A stretch of 62,720 nt of DNA, the filler included. It is 4 parts of 4 records of this genome, joined end to end, with 100 filler letters (N's around TTAATTAATTAA, not from the genome) between each part and the next. Parts side by side here need not be neighbours in the genome. Positions count along the whole stretch, not along the records: positions 1 to 24,437 come from DRR378314_2286; 3 more parts are not named here. One strand, 5' to 3'. The notes beneath the pieces were generated by a model. The model did no database searches, was not told the origin of the DNA, and saw nothing but the letters and a program-made list of their open reading frames with translations. Positions within the stretch are counted from its first letter, which is position 1. Each line of letters starts with the position of its first letter. Made by a program: the position numbers and the translations under genes. Of this stretch, positions 1-12,013 are shown one piece after another.

Positions 1-1319
1 TCCGCCGCTGCCGCGTGCTCCTGACACTTGGATGAATAGTGCTCGATCTCGGATTGAAGAGTTTGTATATTTTCTGCTGCATTGTTACGGGCTGCTTTCT
101 CGGAGGATAAATCGCGCTGTAGAGCGTGCACTTGTTGGGCCATTGCGTCCCGCTCCGCTACCAAATCTCGAGCTCTCGAGATCTCCTTTTCGATCCGGCG
201 TACATTTTCTTCGTTCTGAGCAGTCAGACGAGCGCATGTACGCTGAAGATCAGAAACTGCCTCCTGATCCTGTGAATAGATTGTCTCTTCTCGAATACGG
301 AGAAGTTCTAGTGCTTCTTCCTTGGCGCGCACTGTGGTCAACAGCTCGGCCTTGGCAGCTTCGAGCTCCTCTTCAGCGATTACCGCGCGCTGTTCGGTGC
401 CGTGCAGTATACTGCGCGAGATTTCCAGCTCTTCCTGTGCGGAGGCAAAAGCGTCGTTTAGCTGAAGAATTTGATCTTGCAGCGATTCTTGAGATCGTGC
501 CGAATGCTCAAGTTCCTTCTGCATAGCGCCAAGTGCTTCGTTTGCGTTTCTCAGGGATTGTTCGCGAATGGTAGCGTCGCTTTCGTGAGTGCGCGCCAGT
601 TCTTGCATTGATGCCGTCAGGGTGCGAACTTGTTGACGATTTTCTCTGCACTCTTGCAAGTATATATCCTTGACTTCCAGTTCTGAGCGTCTCCATTCTT
701 CCATCAATCGGATACGCGCACGCAATGTTTCACACTCTCTATTCAAGAACTCCAATGATGCAGTATTTGCAGTGCCGGTGCCATTCGCCGCTTGCCGACG
801 GCGCGGCAGAGACGCGCGCGGCGCAGTTTGGGTCTTCGCCGTGCCCTTGTCTACTTGTTTGCGCTTCTTTGTTTCGCTGGCTTTGCGTGGAACTCGCAAC
901 TGCCTGTTTCCTGCATCGGACGTGCTGTTACCAGATGGATTAGTTACGCGAGTTTCACGACTTACAGCATTACGACCTCTTCCTCTGCCGCGACTACTGT
1001 CGCGCCCTCTTCGACTTGGATCAGTCGGACGAGTGCCTTGCTCGTCCTGTCGCTCGGGTGTGGTGTGGCCGGGCGGCCGCTGCACTTGTGTGTTTCGTTC
1101 CGACTGCACTGCCTTTGACCCACGTTGTATTTCTACACTCCTTGCACTCCGTTTTGTCCAGATGGATGAAGGGCTTGGGTGCGGAGTTGGCTTGCTCTTT
1201 TTAACGAGAGGTGGGAAATCGGCGTGGTCAGGAACCGAGGGGGCACCCGCCTGCGCGGAAGCCTCCGCCCGCGTTTCCGCTGTCCGAGCATCGCGCGGTG
1301 CGCTTTCTTCGTCACGCAT
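1..1319 (-). CDS. Coiled-coil protein with a disordered, Arg/Gly/Ser-rich N-terminus; 3' end runs off the window
   Basis: Manual minus-strand translation from ATG at 1319 is stop-free to position 1 (~439 codons): MRDEESAPRDART...RRGRDSSRGRGRGR...LEFLNRECETLRARIRLMEEW...AEEELEAAKAELL...LQSEIEHYSSKCQEHAAA. It is absent from the ORF track because there is no stop in the window. A possible acceptor (TTACAG) lies just upstream, so an earlier exon may exist. Confidence 0.75.
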   Translation of the reverse strand, partial: MRDEESAPRDARTAETRAEASAQAGAPSVPDHADFPPLVKKSKPTPHPSPSSIWTKRSARSVEIQRGSKAVQSERNTQVQRPPGHTTPERQDEQGTRPTDPSRRGRDSSRGRGRGRNAVSRETRVTNPSGNSTSDAGNRQLRVPRKASETKKRKQVDKGTAKTQTAPRASLPRRRQAANGTGTANTASLEFLNRECETLRARIRLMEEWRRSELEVKDIYLQECRENRQQVRTLTASMQELARTHESDATIREQSLRNANEALGAMQKELEHSARSQESLQDQILQLNDAFASAQEELEISRSILHGTEQRAVIAEEELEAAKAELLTTVRAKEEALELLRIREETIYSQDQEAVSDLQRTCARLTAQNEENVRRIEKEISRARDLVAERDAMAQQVHALQRDLSSEKAARNNAAENIQTLQSEIEHYSSKCQEHAAAA

Positions 1320-2404
1320 TCTGTAAATTCTACTGTCTCTTGTCCAGTTTGATTAACTCAACTAATGAAAATGAGTGAAAATTCAGGAATGAGCGTAAAA
1401 AAGAAAATCTCTCGCGCTGCGTTCGGATGGGGGAGATGCCGCTGCCTCGTTCTCGTTCGCACGGGTGTTTTGCCCCAAGCCACAGGGCTCCACCGGCGCG
1501 TTGGCGCTTGTGTGGCGAAATCCAGGGCCAGCGATGCGCTCAGCGTCCCTTGTTTGCTGTCCCTGCCGGCGCACGTGGCGCTCCCTGTACCCCGTTACGC
1601 ATCCGTGCCCCACCCTAGTTCCACGAGGGCGACGGAGCGTAGAGGAGTGCGCGCAAGCGATGCGCGGGGGATAGGAAGTAGCGGGCTTCACGGCGGCGTC
1701 TGTTATGCCCTATTCCAATAAGCTGATAGCTTCCCGGGCAGTCGTGCTCTATGAGATAAAGTTTATATCTAATTTCAAAACCGAAGCGGAAAGTGACAGC
1801 TTAGTCTTTATCTCGCACTTTTGTGCAGCGCTCTACGAGCATGTGTGTGGTGTAACCTTGGCGCAAGTCGTCAGCCAGCTGGCTCGCTGGAAACAAGAGC
1901 TGGGCCGCCGTCAGCTCCCACGACACAGCCGGCGACGGAACGGTTTTGCCCCACAGTAGCAGTGAAGGTGGAGAGTATGAGCGCTATGTGCACCTCCATG
2001 TGTGCAAATACAGAGCTTATGTAGTATTCGTCGGAAACCCGTTGTGGCACTGTCGCCAGCCATTGCGGAGAAGCGGCACGTACAAGTCCCTGTCTGTCGC
2101 GCAATCTGCGTAAAGCGCGAAGCAGGAAGCAAGTTTGGGAGAAGAATAAACCTATATTCTCAACCGTGCGTTGTCGCGCCTGTGCTCCTCCTTTCACAAC
2201 AGGTCAACCCTCTAGGGTCACATGACACCCGCAGCAGCCGGAGCAAGACCTAGCTTTCGATTTCGTCTCGTTGGGCCGCGGCGCGGTCGCTTGCCCGTGC
2301 GGGCTTGCGGTTGTTATGCGCTGGTCGTTCTTCAAGTGCCTGGGCCTGCACTGCTTCCGACACCTTTGAAAGAAACGCAAAGAAACGACGCGTCCGATTC
2401 AACG

Positions 2405-5400
2405 ATGAGCTCCAGAACCATATCTGCGTCAGATGTGGAGTTGCAGCCCTCGCGCACTCCGAGCTATGGTACGTTGCAAGTCGCAGGAGCTAACGCTGAG
2501 CTTGTGGGTTTGCGTAAGTCAGTGAAGCTCGATCGTTTTTCCGGAGTGCTGCGCCCGTGCGCCCAAGGAAAAGAAGCGCGACTCATGTTGGGCGCGCACA
2601 CGCGCTTACGGTCCCGTTCTCGCTCTGTGACGGGTGTACAGCTCTGGCCAAGCGGCGATATCTTCAGGTCATTCAAAATAATGTACATATTTTACATGAT
2701 AGTATAACTGGCTTGTGGGCAACTGCGCTCACGGCGCGCGTCGCTTTGCGGGTGTGCAACGGGCCGCTGAGCCCACGAGAGCGCGGAGATGTGCTTCGCA
2801 CTCCGTGCGTTGCACCTGTGTTCCACGATGACTGATCGCAAGTGTGCTTCGGCTGCTTTGGATCAAAACACTCCTTGCAGGGCGCGCGGCCTCGGCACCC
2901 CCCAAAGAAGCCCTCGCAGAAGGTCGCCTTGGCTCAGTGGCAAATTTAGTGTATCCAGGTACGCTGTGTGTGTGAACGCGCGAACCTGGGAGCGTACAAG
3001 CATTGAAACGGAGTCCTCGTCTGCAGCAGTTGCCTGCGCAGAGCGGCGCTATCCACGCACAGCGGCGCTCGCACTCCCCTTTCGTACAAGGTCGTCTCTC
3101 GAGCGACGACGCTCGGTGGCCGCGTTCTGAAGCTCACCCCCGACTCTGATCATTGGACCATATCAATATATCGTGATGCCAACAGGCTCGAGCGGAGACC
3201 GACGTCGCTACCACATCGTTCGATATGCGCCAATTGTGATCGTGGGAATTTGGCTGATGCTACCACAGCGAACCCCACCAGGTACCGTTGCGACCTTTCC
3301 GTTTTTGTACCGACCAAGTTCAGCTTCCTCTGGGAAACTAGGTTCATTAGCCCTTCACTTCTCGGGCGGTCGCATACAGAACACAGGGGGTGCTTTCACT
3401 AATATGTTCAACATGATAGTTTCGGTGTATCATTGTCGCTGTGATTACGTGGTGCGCAGCTCGGGATATGGTTTCTGGCAGTCGCGTGTACTCGTTTTTG
3501 CTGCACCAGCTCCATCCCTCCCTGCGGCTGAGGTTTGCGCTGCGTCCTGCTTACGCTCCCTCGTTTGCCGCAAAGGAGACTGCCCTTCTCGTGGATACCC
3601 TTTGCCCTTGCACTTCCTGTACACGTGCGCGTGTAGATTTTGCAACGTGATGATCTCTGTATATGAGGGTTTAGGCGAGTAGAAACGTTGAAGAGGAAAT
3701 TTTGTTGCGCGTTTCTCTCCAAGCCTTCGCGCCTGGTGCTGCCGGCACGTGCACAAGTGCTTAGGCGAGGTTCTGCTCCTCCTTGGCTGACGGCCTTCGG
3801 CCCACGGTTCTGCGCTTCTCGCCAGGTAACGGGGCATCGCCAAACGAGTGCGCCGACCTGATTCTGTACTCGATATTCTTTCGATGCATCTATTCTGCAA
3901 TCGCCGTTGCTATGGCTCTTTACTCGTACCGCCTTGTCGTCGAGTCAGTGGGATGGAGCACATTTACCGCAGCAGTTGCGGTGGGCGCTGGCGTCGAGAC
4001 AGCCCTTTTCCTGGTGCGCGCCAATAGGCCGCTGTGCTGCGACCTTTGTGTACACCTGTTGCTGAGGTATCATGATTATATTTCGAGATCCAGACACAGT
4101 AGTGAGGGTCCTTTTTTCCGGTACATGCGTTGTATGCAGCATATGGGCTGTCTGGACCCGAACGATCGCGCAGCCAGCCCTGCATTGGCCGGGGGGGGAC
4201 TCTCTCTCCGTCCATGTTGCAACTGTTGTTTCGCAGATGCGCATCAGCATGGCGCTGCCGTCGGGCAACATTCGTGATCGATTTGCAGTACACTGATAGC
4301 GCTGCGTTACGACTGCGTTTTGTGAGATATGCGATGCGCTACCGGCGCGGAGGCCCATGCCCTTACGATACCTATTCTTTCTGTACTTTGGGTTATTTTG
4401 TGCATGTCGTACCGGCTTCAGTTTCTGGAGAGCAAAAGGAGCCACATGACGAAGGACCAGTTCCAAGTTCTTGAGCCTGTCACGCTCGCAGCATCCGCTG
4501 TTGTCGTCTTTGTTGTCGGGGCGCTGCCGGGTTTCAGATTCCAACCGGGCCCTGATCGCACTGCTTTTTTTCGCGACTACAAGTACACATCGCTTGGCAT
4601 CGTTATTATTGTTCTTTCATATTACTATTCACAGGTACGCGCAAATCACACTCTTGTGAGAAGATGTAGTCAATAGTATGAGCTAAAGAGCGCTGTGTGT
4701 CTTCGTTTCGCTTCTCGATGCGGGCGAGAAAAGAGCAGTGAGCCTGCCGAATTTGTCAGGGATTGCGCGGCTTTCCCGTAACCCGCGGCAGTGCAGCGTG
4801 TACCACTATGCGAACTGACGGCAGGCAAAAATTTTTACGAGCCGATTCGCTCTCCGCCTTGCATTTATTGGTAAAGGTTGAATATTTCGTATGTTGCGTA
4901 TACCGCTATGCATCTCGGGGGGGATCGCTCGCACCATCTGCAGCGCAAAGACGCGTTCCAGTATCGCAAACGCCCATGCGAGACTCGCATTGGCCACAGG
5001 CACTCACGCACCTCCACCCAAGGTATGGAGAAGTTAGGCTTATGGTTCTGATCAAACAGACTGGGTTCGTACTTTGCGTACCCTTTCGTAGGTTTTCGCC
5101 GGATTGTTTGACGACGTCGACAACGCCGAGCTGCGATACAGGGTTCTTTTGCGCATTGCCTTCCAGCTGGTATTCCTCGTGCTGAAGAGTGCGATGGCGA
5201 TATGCACGGAGAAGCTCTCTCATCTTGCCGGGCGACAGCTTCTTGGCTTCATGTTCGGCTTCGTTGTAGATCTGATGTTTTTGGTATTCTACAAAAACCT
5301 CTTCCCGGAGTTTGTCGACACAGTTGAACTCTTCGCAGCCTTTCAAGTGACGTCGTTCTTTGCCATAATGGGAGAGTATCCGCTCCGGATGACTCAGTGG

Positions 5401-6493
5401 TACTTCCGTTTCCGAAACCGCCAGCGAGTGCGCAACAAAGTACTACGATGGCTAATCAACGAGCAGACTGACTACGGGCAATGGGTGAGGACGCTTACGG
5501 TTGACTTCTTCTTCCGAACCATTGCAGAGATACAATCGTTCCTGGTTGCAGTGTTGTTCATCACCTTTTTGCGATTCGGCTGGAATCAGGGATTCTTCCC
5601 GTACGCTGGTGACGACTTGCCAAAGGAAGACTACGAACGCGCAATGGTGTTCCTTGCGGTATCTCTTGCTTTCGAGATCGTCATTGTAATATTCGTGCGG
5701 TATTTTGTACGTTTTGTGAGCTGCAAGAAGAAGAAGAAGAAGCACGGATGCCAGTCCTGTGCGCAGGGAAACGCGCAGTGCACCGCAGAAGCAGACGCAG
5801 GCGGCGGGAAAGCCGCTGCGCTCGGCGCGCACCTTCTGCTGACCCGCCGGGCAATGCGCAGAGCCGACGCTGTGGATTGTGTGTGTATGTATCAGAGACA
5901 CCTGCACTGCAGCCATCGTGCTGGGCTAGCAAGAGATGCTTCGTGAGAACCTCCGTGAGACGGCTTGCAAGGGTTTTGCGTATCGTCGCCCGAGCATCAT
6001 CGCTGCAGGTATCGGGATATCGTATGGATTGGAAGGGCCGAGATCTTGCATTTATTTCGTCATCGTTTGCATTCAGTTCTGCAGCGATGTATGGTATAAT
6101 TGGGCGTAGCTGTGCCATCCTTCGCGATTTGCCTGGCTTTGGTGCATTCTGCAAGGTAGAGCAATCGAAACGAGTTTCCAACCCTAGTGTGCAAGAGGCA
6201 TGCCAATCTGTGCGCCAGGGCCGGTAAACGTCGCGGGAAAGGAACATCTGCAGCGAATTCAACAATCCCTTATCGTTACTTTTTCTCGAATTATTTTTTG
6301 GGGGGTGCAGGCTACTCGAGTTATTCAGAAATTCGAAGAAGAGACAGAAGATTCGTCCTCACGCCCGCGGGAAGCTTTCACGCTGGGCTCGCGCATCATT
6401 CGACCCCTTGGCATGCAAATTGCTCTCATTCTTGCGAGCGCTCATGTCCAGCAAGATCTTTTTGTTTCGCAACACAGTCTGACATTTTGCTGA
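2405..6493 (+). CDS. Multi-exon multipass membrane protein of unknown function
   Basis: Hydrophobic exons with GT-AG ends: 2405-2468, 2642-~2750, ~3133-3281, 3826-4013, ~4353-4634, 5092-5715, 6009-6155, 6311-6493(stop). Examples: LILYSIFFRCIYSAIAVAMALY, LGIVIIVLSYYYSQ|VFAGLF, EIQSFLVAVLFITFLRFGWNQGFFPY, IALILASAHVQQDLFVSQHSLTFC*. The 5' exons are less certain than the 3' ones. Confidence 0.65.
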
Positions 6494-7761
6494 TATGTGA
6501 TACTGCTTTCGCGAGACATGTGACGCAGTTGTGGTGTAGATAATATTATTTTGTGTATGGTAGCAGATGCAACTTGCAGTTGCGAAATAGTTGTGCATTG
6601 TGTATTCCAAGGTTGCCTGCCGACCTTGCGCAAGTTCAATCTCATACGTGCATGCGAAGAATACACGGAAAAAATCGGGGAAGATTGCTTCCTACGCGGT
6701 CGCTATATTTTATCGAATCCAGTTTCTTCAATACCATCACGTAAGAGCCGGCGTGGATGAAGAAGGGGTCACCACAGGGCGCGCGTGCGGGCGATGCTTA
6801 CCGTCGGACGCGGAAAGTGATTGCACGCGCAGTAGCGCCTGCTGCGGGCCGGTCTCCTGCTAATCCCCAATGCAGACAAAGCAATCGATCGAAACTGCAC
6901 GCGAAGCTTGGTTGCGTGTGTAGGTACAATGTTTTGGTGGTTGGCCGTGCTCTGGTTGGCAATAATTGCAAACTTAGGCGCTTTTGCCGAGCCGGCGCTG
7001 TACTCGTTACAGTGTGAGCGCTTGGGGGAAATCGGCAAATCTCGCATTCCAGCCTTGCCGTACATTCGTCTGAAAGAGAGACTTGATTCACGCTGCGAAT
7101 ACAAGTATCGACGGTTGTACGCACGAGACAGCGTGGTGCGTTGTGAGTGATGGGCATTTTTTTTTCTTGGCGTTCGCGCGACATGCCCGACCACACTGCG
7201 GCTGCCGCCCCACGCTTGGAGCGACACCTCCGTATAGCCGCTCCATTGCTGCGGAGGGAGAAGGGCCGCGCCTCGGTGACCTCTTGCGCGCGTGTACGTG
7301 TATTTCAATGGTATGCGGATGATATACGTCTACCGCATCAGATTTTTCTTCTCGCGATCACCAGTACCGTCACGCCAATGCAGTGCAAAGGTGCCTTTGC
7401 TTGTGTCGCTGCTGGACGACCCTGCACCGCACTAGGTTTTCCGTAGATTTTCCTGGCGCTGTTCCAGAAAAGATGATAGCGTATATTATTTGCGGTGCCG
7501 GGCAACGCGGCGCGTTGCGCTTGCGTTGCATAAAGCGTCTAGGTTTCGGCGCTGTTGCGAAGCGTTCGCCCCAATCCTGCGGCGTATATCAATATATTTT
7601 TTTTGATATATATACATTGGTGATTGTCTTTTCGTTTGTACGGACCACGCTTCTTTATTGTCACGTTTTGGATACACGAGCACGCGTCAGCGTGTCGCAC
7701 GCTGCGACTGCACCTGTAGCGCTCGGCGCAGACGGGCGAGCAAGCGCCGCGCGCTACGCCC

Positions 7762-10662
7762 ATGGCCAGCGCGTCGGAAACCGCAGCACTTCGCGACACC
7801 TCGAGCGTTGCAACGCCGGAGACAGACGATGAGTTGGCTGAGTTTGAAGCACGGGTGCGTGTCGACCTTCTTGAGCTCCAGTATGCGACTGCATCGTTGT
7901 CCTGGAGGTGTGGTGCCCTTTGTTGGCAAGCGTTGTATAGGCGAGGAGGCTTCGACGCATGTGCTTTTCTCGAGCCAACGCCGTGACCTGCTTTTGTTTG
8001 GCTCTTGGCGCGTGTGGTGCCGCGCAGGTCGAGCAAATCGCCCTGCGGCGCCTTGAATCGGGTCACTTCCGACAGCGACCAGCCGCACCGGAGAGAGGAT
8101 GGCATCGGTTTTTCATGTGCGGTCCGAATCCGAATCCCCAGTACGTGGAGAACGCAACAGCGAGTTGCGGATGCAGCGCGTGGGCTGCGGATCGAGGACA
8201 GCGAGCGCACGCTTCTGTGCTGCTCAAGCTCGTACGCTGCTGTCGTAGATGCATGTTGTGGTCGTGCGGACGGATTTTTCTCCATTTTCTGTCCGATTCC
8301 GATGTCAAGGTAGTTACTTGTAAGGTTCATGTCACTCTGTACTGCGATGTGGTGAGCGATTTTGTTGGATTTGGGTGTGCGGGCGTCCCTCGGCGGTCGC
8401 GTGGTTTGCGCTTGTCGCTGCCCTCGAGAGAACAAAATGTTGGGCCAGCTCAGTCTCTTCGCACGGTGCCTTGCCATTGCTGGGCGCAGTGCAAGCTTGG
8501 GATGTAGCGAGCCATGCAAATTTACAGCAATCGTGCAATGTGAAAGGGCGTACAGGGGAGCGCTTCGTCGTATTCTCGTATGCCAATGCACCGCGGGACC
8601 CTGCCTGCAAACGCCCGGCCAGTGTAGAATGTGTGTTCGCCCATATTTCGCTTCGGTGGCAGCTTGCCGTGATCCTTGCTCTTCTTTTTGGGTCGGAGCG
8701 CATTGCGTGCGGTTTTGCGGCATACTTTTTCGTAGGGAATCCTTCAGGGATGGCTATTGTTGTATATTGTTGATCCATTCTCGGAACGTGCGCTCAGGAA
8801 AGATATGGCATTTCTGTGTGAGACGCATCCTGCACGCGGAAGTGCACGGCGTTTGCGATTGGCTCTGCTTCGCACCTCCGGCTTGGGCTCAGTGTTTGCT
8901 TTGTTGCTCCCGCGTATTGCCACGGCAGGCGGAACTTAAGTTTATCCCTTCTCTACCTGTTGCGGATTTCCATCGAGCTTCCAATCTGCATTTTGTTCTG
9001 GGATGCGCCCTGTGATGAGCCGCTGCGTCAATATGTAACTACGGTGCTCTTGTTCGATGTTGTACTATGGCCGGTACGTCGAGTGTTTGCCGCGCAAAGG
9101 TGACGCGCGTGGTGAGCACAGGTGCTACGGTGCATTCTCCCTTTCTTGTACGTGATCGAACTTGCCATTGCAAAACTGCAGGCGATTTTATATAAATATT
9201 GGATGTTCTTCATGGTATACGTGTATACGAAGGAGATTGTGGTGTCTCTGCGTGCAATGGCGCGCTTGGCACTGTCCAGCTAGGCTTACCGGCGCTGGCG
9301 TCCGTGCTGCGCCGTCGAGCAGATGGGCTTGTTTTACGATCCGCAGCAAGTGTGGTTCCCGAGCACTCCCGGCGCGCGATGGCACCGGTCCTATCGTTCA
9401 CTTTCCACTATATACTGGTTCTGGCTCATGGTGGGAACTGTTTGGACATTCCGATCCAGCTCATGCGAGCCTGGCCTGCGAGGTAAGCGCCGCCGCGCCT
9501 GCCCTGTTCCGTGCCCAGCTCTCGAGCCCTACGGCGCGGTGGAGGTCCTCTGCGCTGTAGCGAGGCTTGCCAGCCCGTTAACCGCGCCAGGGACGAGGGG
9601 GAGTACAATGATGTCCACGAAAACATGTAAATGATAGCTAATGAGTGAATTTCGGGGTTGATGTGAATGTAGCTTGTTGTTTCCTGAGTTTGTGTATGCT
9701 CGCTACGTTTTCATCGACGTTTGCTCTTTGTCCGCTAAGTTTCCGTCGGATTGCTTCTCTGCTCTGCGTCGACTGTGCCATGGTCTTGTGCATGCTTCCT
9801 CTCGTACAGCCGGCGCGTTCGCTCTCGCTTCTATATTTCTCGCATCGACATTGATTTACTGTGCCTCGTTCTGTTCTGCTGTGAGCATTGTGTTTGTATC
9901 TTTCGGGCAAGCTTTGGAAGAAGCCCAGCATGCGCGCGAGAACCTCGAGCAAGGCGCTCGCCCGGAGGTGCGAACACAGCGCGCGTGAGCTCTTCGCGGA
10001 CAATCCTGGGCCTGGGAGTATGTGAATTGCTTTGCGGAACTCATGGGCGTGTCGTTTCCTGTACCTGGAAAAAATATGTGGAAATGCAGGACTTACGCCT
10101 TGTAAAAAGAATGACGTATGGAGAGTTTTGCGAGCACGATCAGCAAACAACGGAACAGGCTACGTATGTTTGTTGTCTGCACGAGGCTGACGTTTTTCTT
10201 CCGTTGGAACGGCATCCACCTCAACCCGCCAAAGGAGACAGCTACCCAAGAAGTATTTTGCACGCATCCAGTTGCCCGTGTTGATGAGTATATGATACGC
10301 TATCAGGTACAAAGTTGTCATCAGACATCGCTGTAAACTCGGTGGACGTCGCACTACGCTCCTAGCCGTAGACCGTACCGCTTGCGCAGTGGCTCGGCAT
10401 TCCGCCCCCGCAAGGCTTGCGAGCGATTGTTGCCGCGGCGCCGCCCACCGTGCGACTCGCCCCGCTTTTCTTGCATTGACGAGGATTTACTCGGCGACAC
10501 GGTATCCATTTTTCTAAATGCGTCTTGCAGACAATGTGCTATAACGCTGGAGGACTTCGAGGACGATAGCGATGTCGCGTTTCTCCCCTGTGGGCATATC
10601 TTTATGCATGGCCCAGCATTGCAGTGGCTCGAGTCGCATTCGCGGTGTCCACTCTGCCAGAG
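7762..10662 (+). CDS. Multi-exon transmembrane protein with a C-terminal degenerate RING-H2-like domain (putative membrane E3 ligase); last exon not located
   Basis: Phase-consistent exons 9347-9482 (IYWFWLMVGTVWTFRSSSCEPGLR), 9810-9967 (TM, then NLEQGARPE), 10090-10163 and 10531-10662 (CAITLEDFEDDSDVAFLPCGHIFMHGPALQWLESHSRCPLCQ). Upstream exons from ATG 7762 (7762-7854, 8028-~8140, ~8735, ~9182) are tentative. The layout matches multi-TM + RING-H2 ligases. Confidence 0.7.
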
Positions 10663-12013
10663 GTGAGTCTGCTGTGCAATATTTTGGCAGGAATTTCGTC
10701 ACTCTTACCTTGGATAAGCATATTCACATACATGTGCTTTGATGCGTTTCATCTACGAGGATCCGTGTGGGCGTCCCTTTGACATTGTGCCATATTTGCG
10801 CGCCCACACCTCGGCCATCGTACTGCAGGCCCCTGGACCTTGGTGATGAGGACGGTGGAGTGCGCGACATTGAGGCTGGACGCCTCGCGGAAACCTCCAG
10901 CCTCCGGATCTAAGCCTGACGGCGTGCTAGTATTTTGACTCATTCATTTGCGTACGCGATTGGTCTCGGTACATGGTAGATGGGTGATAAGATTTGCGGT
11001 TCTCTAGCGCACTGCGCGTGTGTGTGCTTGTGTGGAGTGTGTCGTGTTGGTAACAGCTGCGTGCCCTCAGGCGGGGAGACTTCTGCCCTCCATGCATGTT
11101 GTATCCCCCGCTCTTTTTGCGCATCGTATTCCCGCTCGCATTTTTTTTGGAAAAGTTGTTGTCCATTCCAGGCTGTTAGATAGGTCGAATGCCGCGCTGT
11201 ATTCTCATAATTTTCAAAGAGGCTCGCTCGGACATAGTCCACTGCGGCGCGTGAAGTTGCTGCTCGCGTTGCTTGTGCGAGCAGTTCGTTTCCATAGATG
11301 TCGCAATGCTTCAGGCCACAGCTCTTCTTTCTACTTGAAAGGAAAAATTCTTGCTGTTGAATCGCGCTGAAAGGACATCGAAATACAAAGTTGTATCCAT
11401 TCGTGGATGTTTTCAGAGTGTCGGCCGAGCTGTGTGCTCTTGCGCACCCAGGTAAGCTCTACACGAGGCACACTTCGCTGGCAGGTGTAGCGTTCAGCTC
11501 TTCACTGCAACCATTGTACCGTTATTTTGCTTGGTGACACCTTATCTGCCAGAAATGAGCGGGCCAGGGGGGAGTGAATTTTGCGAAATTGAACGGCGTC
11601 GTAGGCGCGACGGACCGAAACGCGACAGCGCACCAGCTCAACGTGGCTGTCTGCGCCACTTGCAGGGCATTTCGCCATGCTGCTTCCCATATCAATACTG
11701 TCTGTTAGTAAGTCACAGTACAATACACAAGTGTTCAAGTTGATCATTTGAATCACGGCAGGCATAAGCCCTAGTTTGCGGGGTCGCCTGGACAGCTTTT
11801 GTGGAAGCGGATAGGCTGACATCCTAGGGGTAACAACGCAATTCTTCCTTCACGGTCAGTCAAACTTGATTGGCTGGTACCACTTTGGCAGGTTTGTCCA
11901 GAGGGCGCTTGCTCCACGCAGTGACTTTGGCAGGCGCTGCGCCGCGGGCCCCTTTCACAGGATATTTTATTGTGCCTCGTTGCCTACGCAGGTTCAGGGT
12001 ACACTCTGACGCA

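Noticed and set aside
6757-7446. Several overlapping ORFs, including a signal-peptide-like MFWWLAVLWLAIIANL and a possible minus-strand exon at 6801-7092
   Set aside because: No recognisable motif and no consistent multi-exon model could be built.
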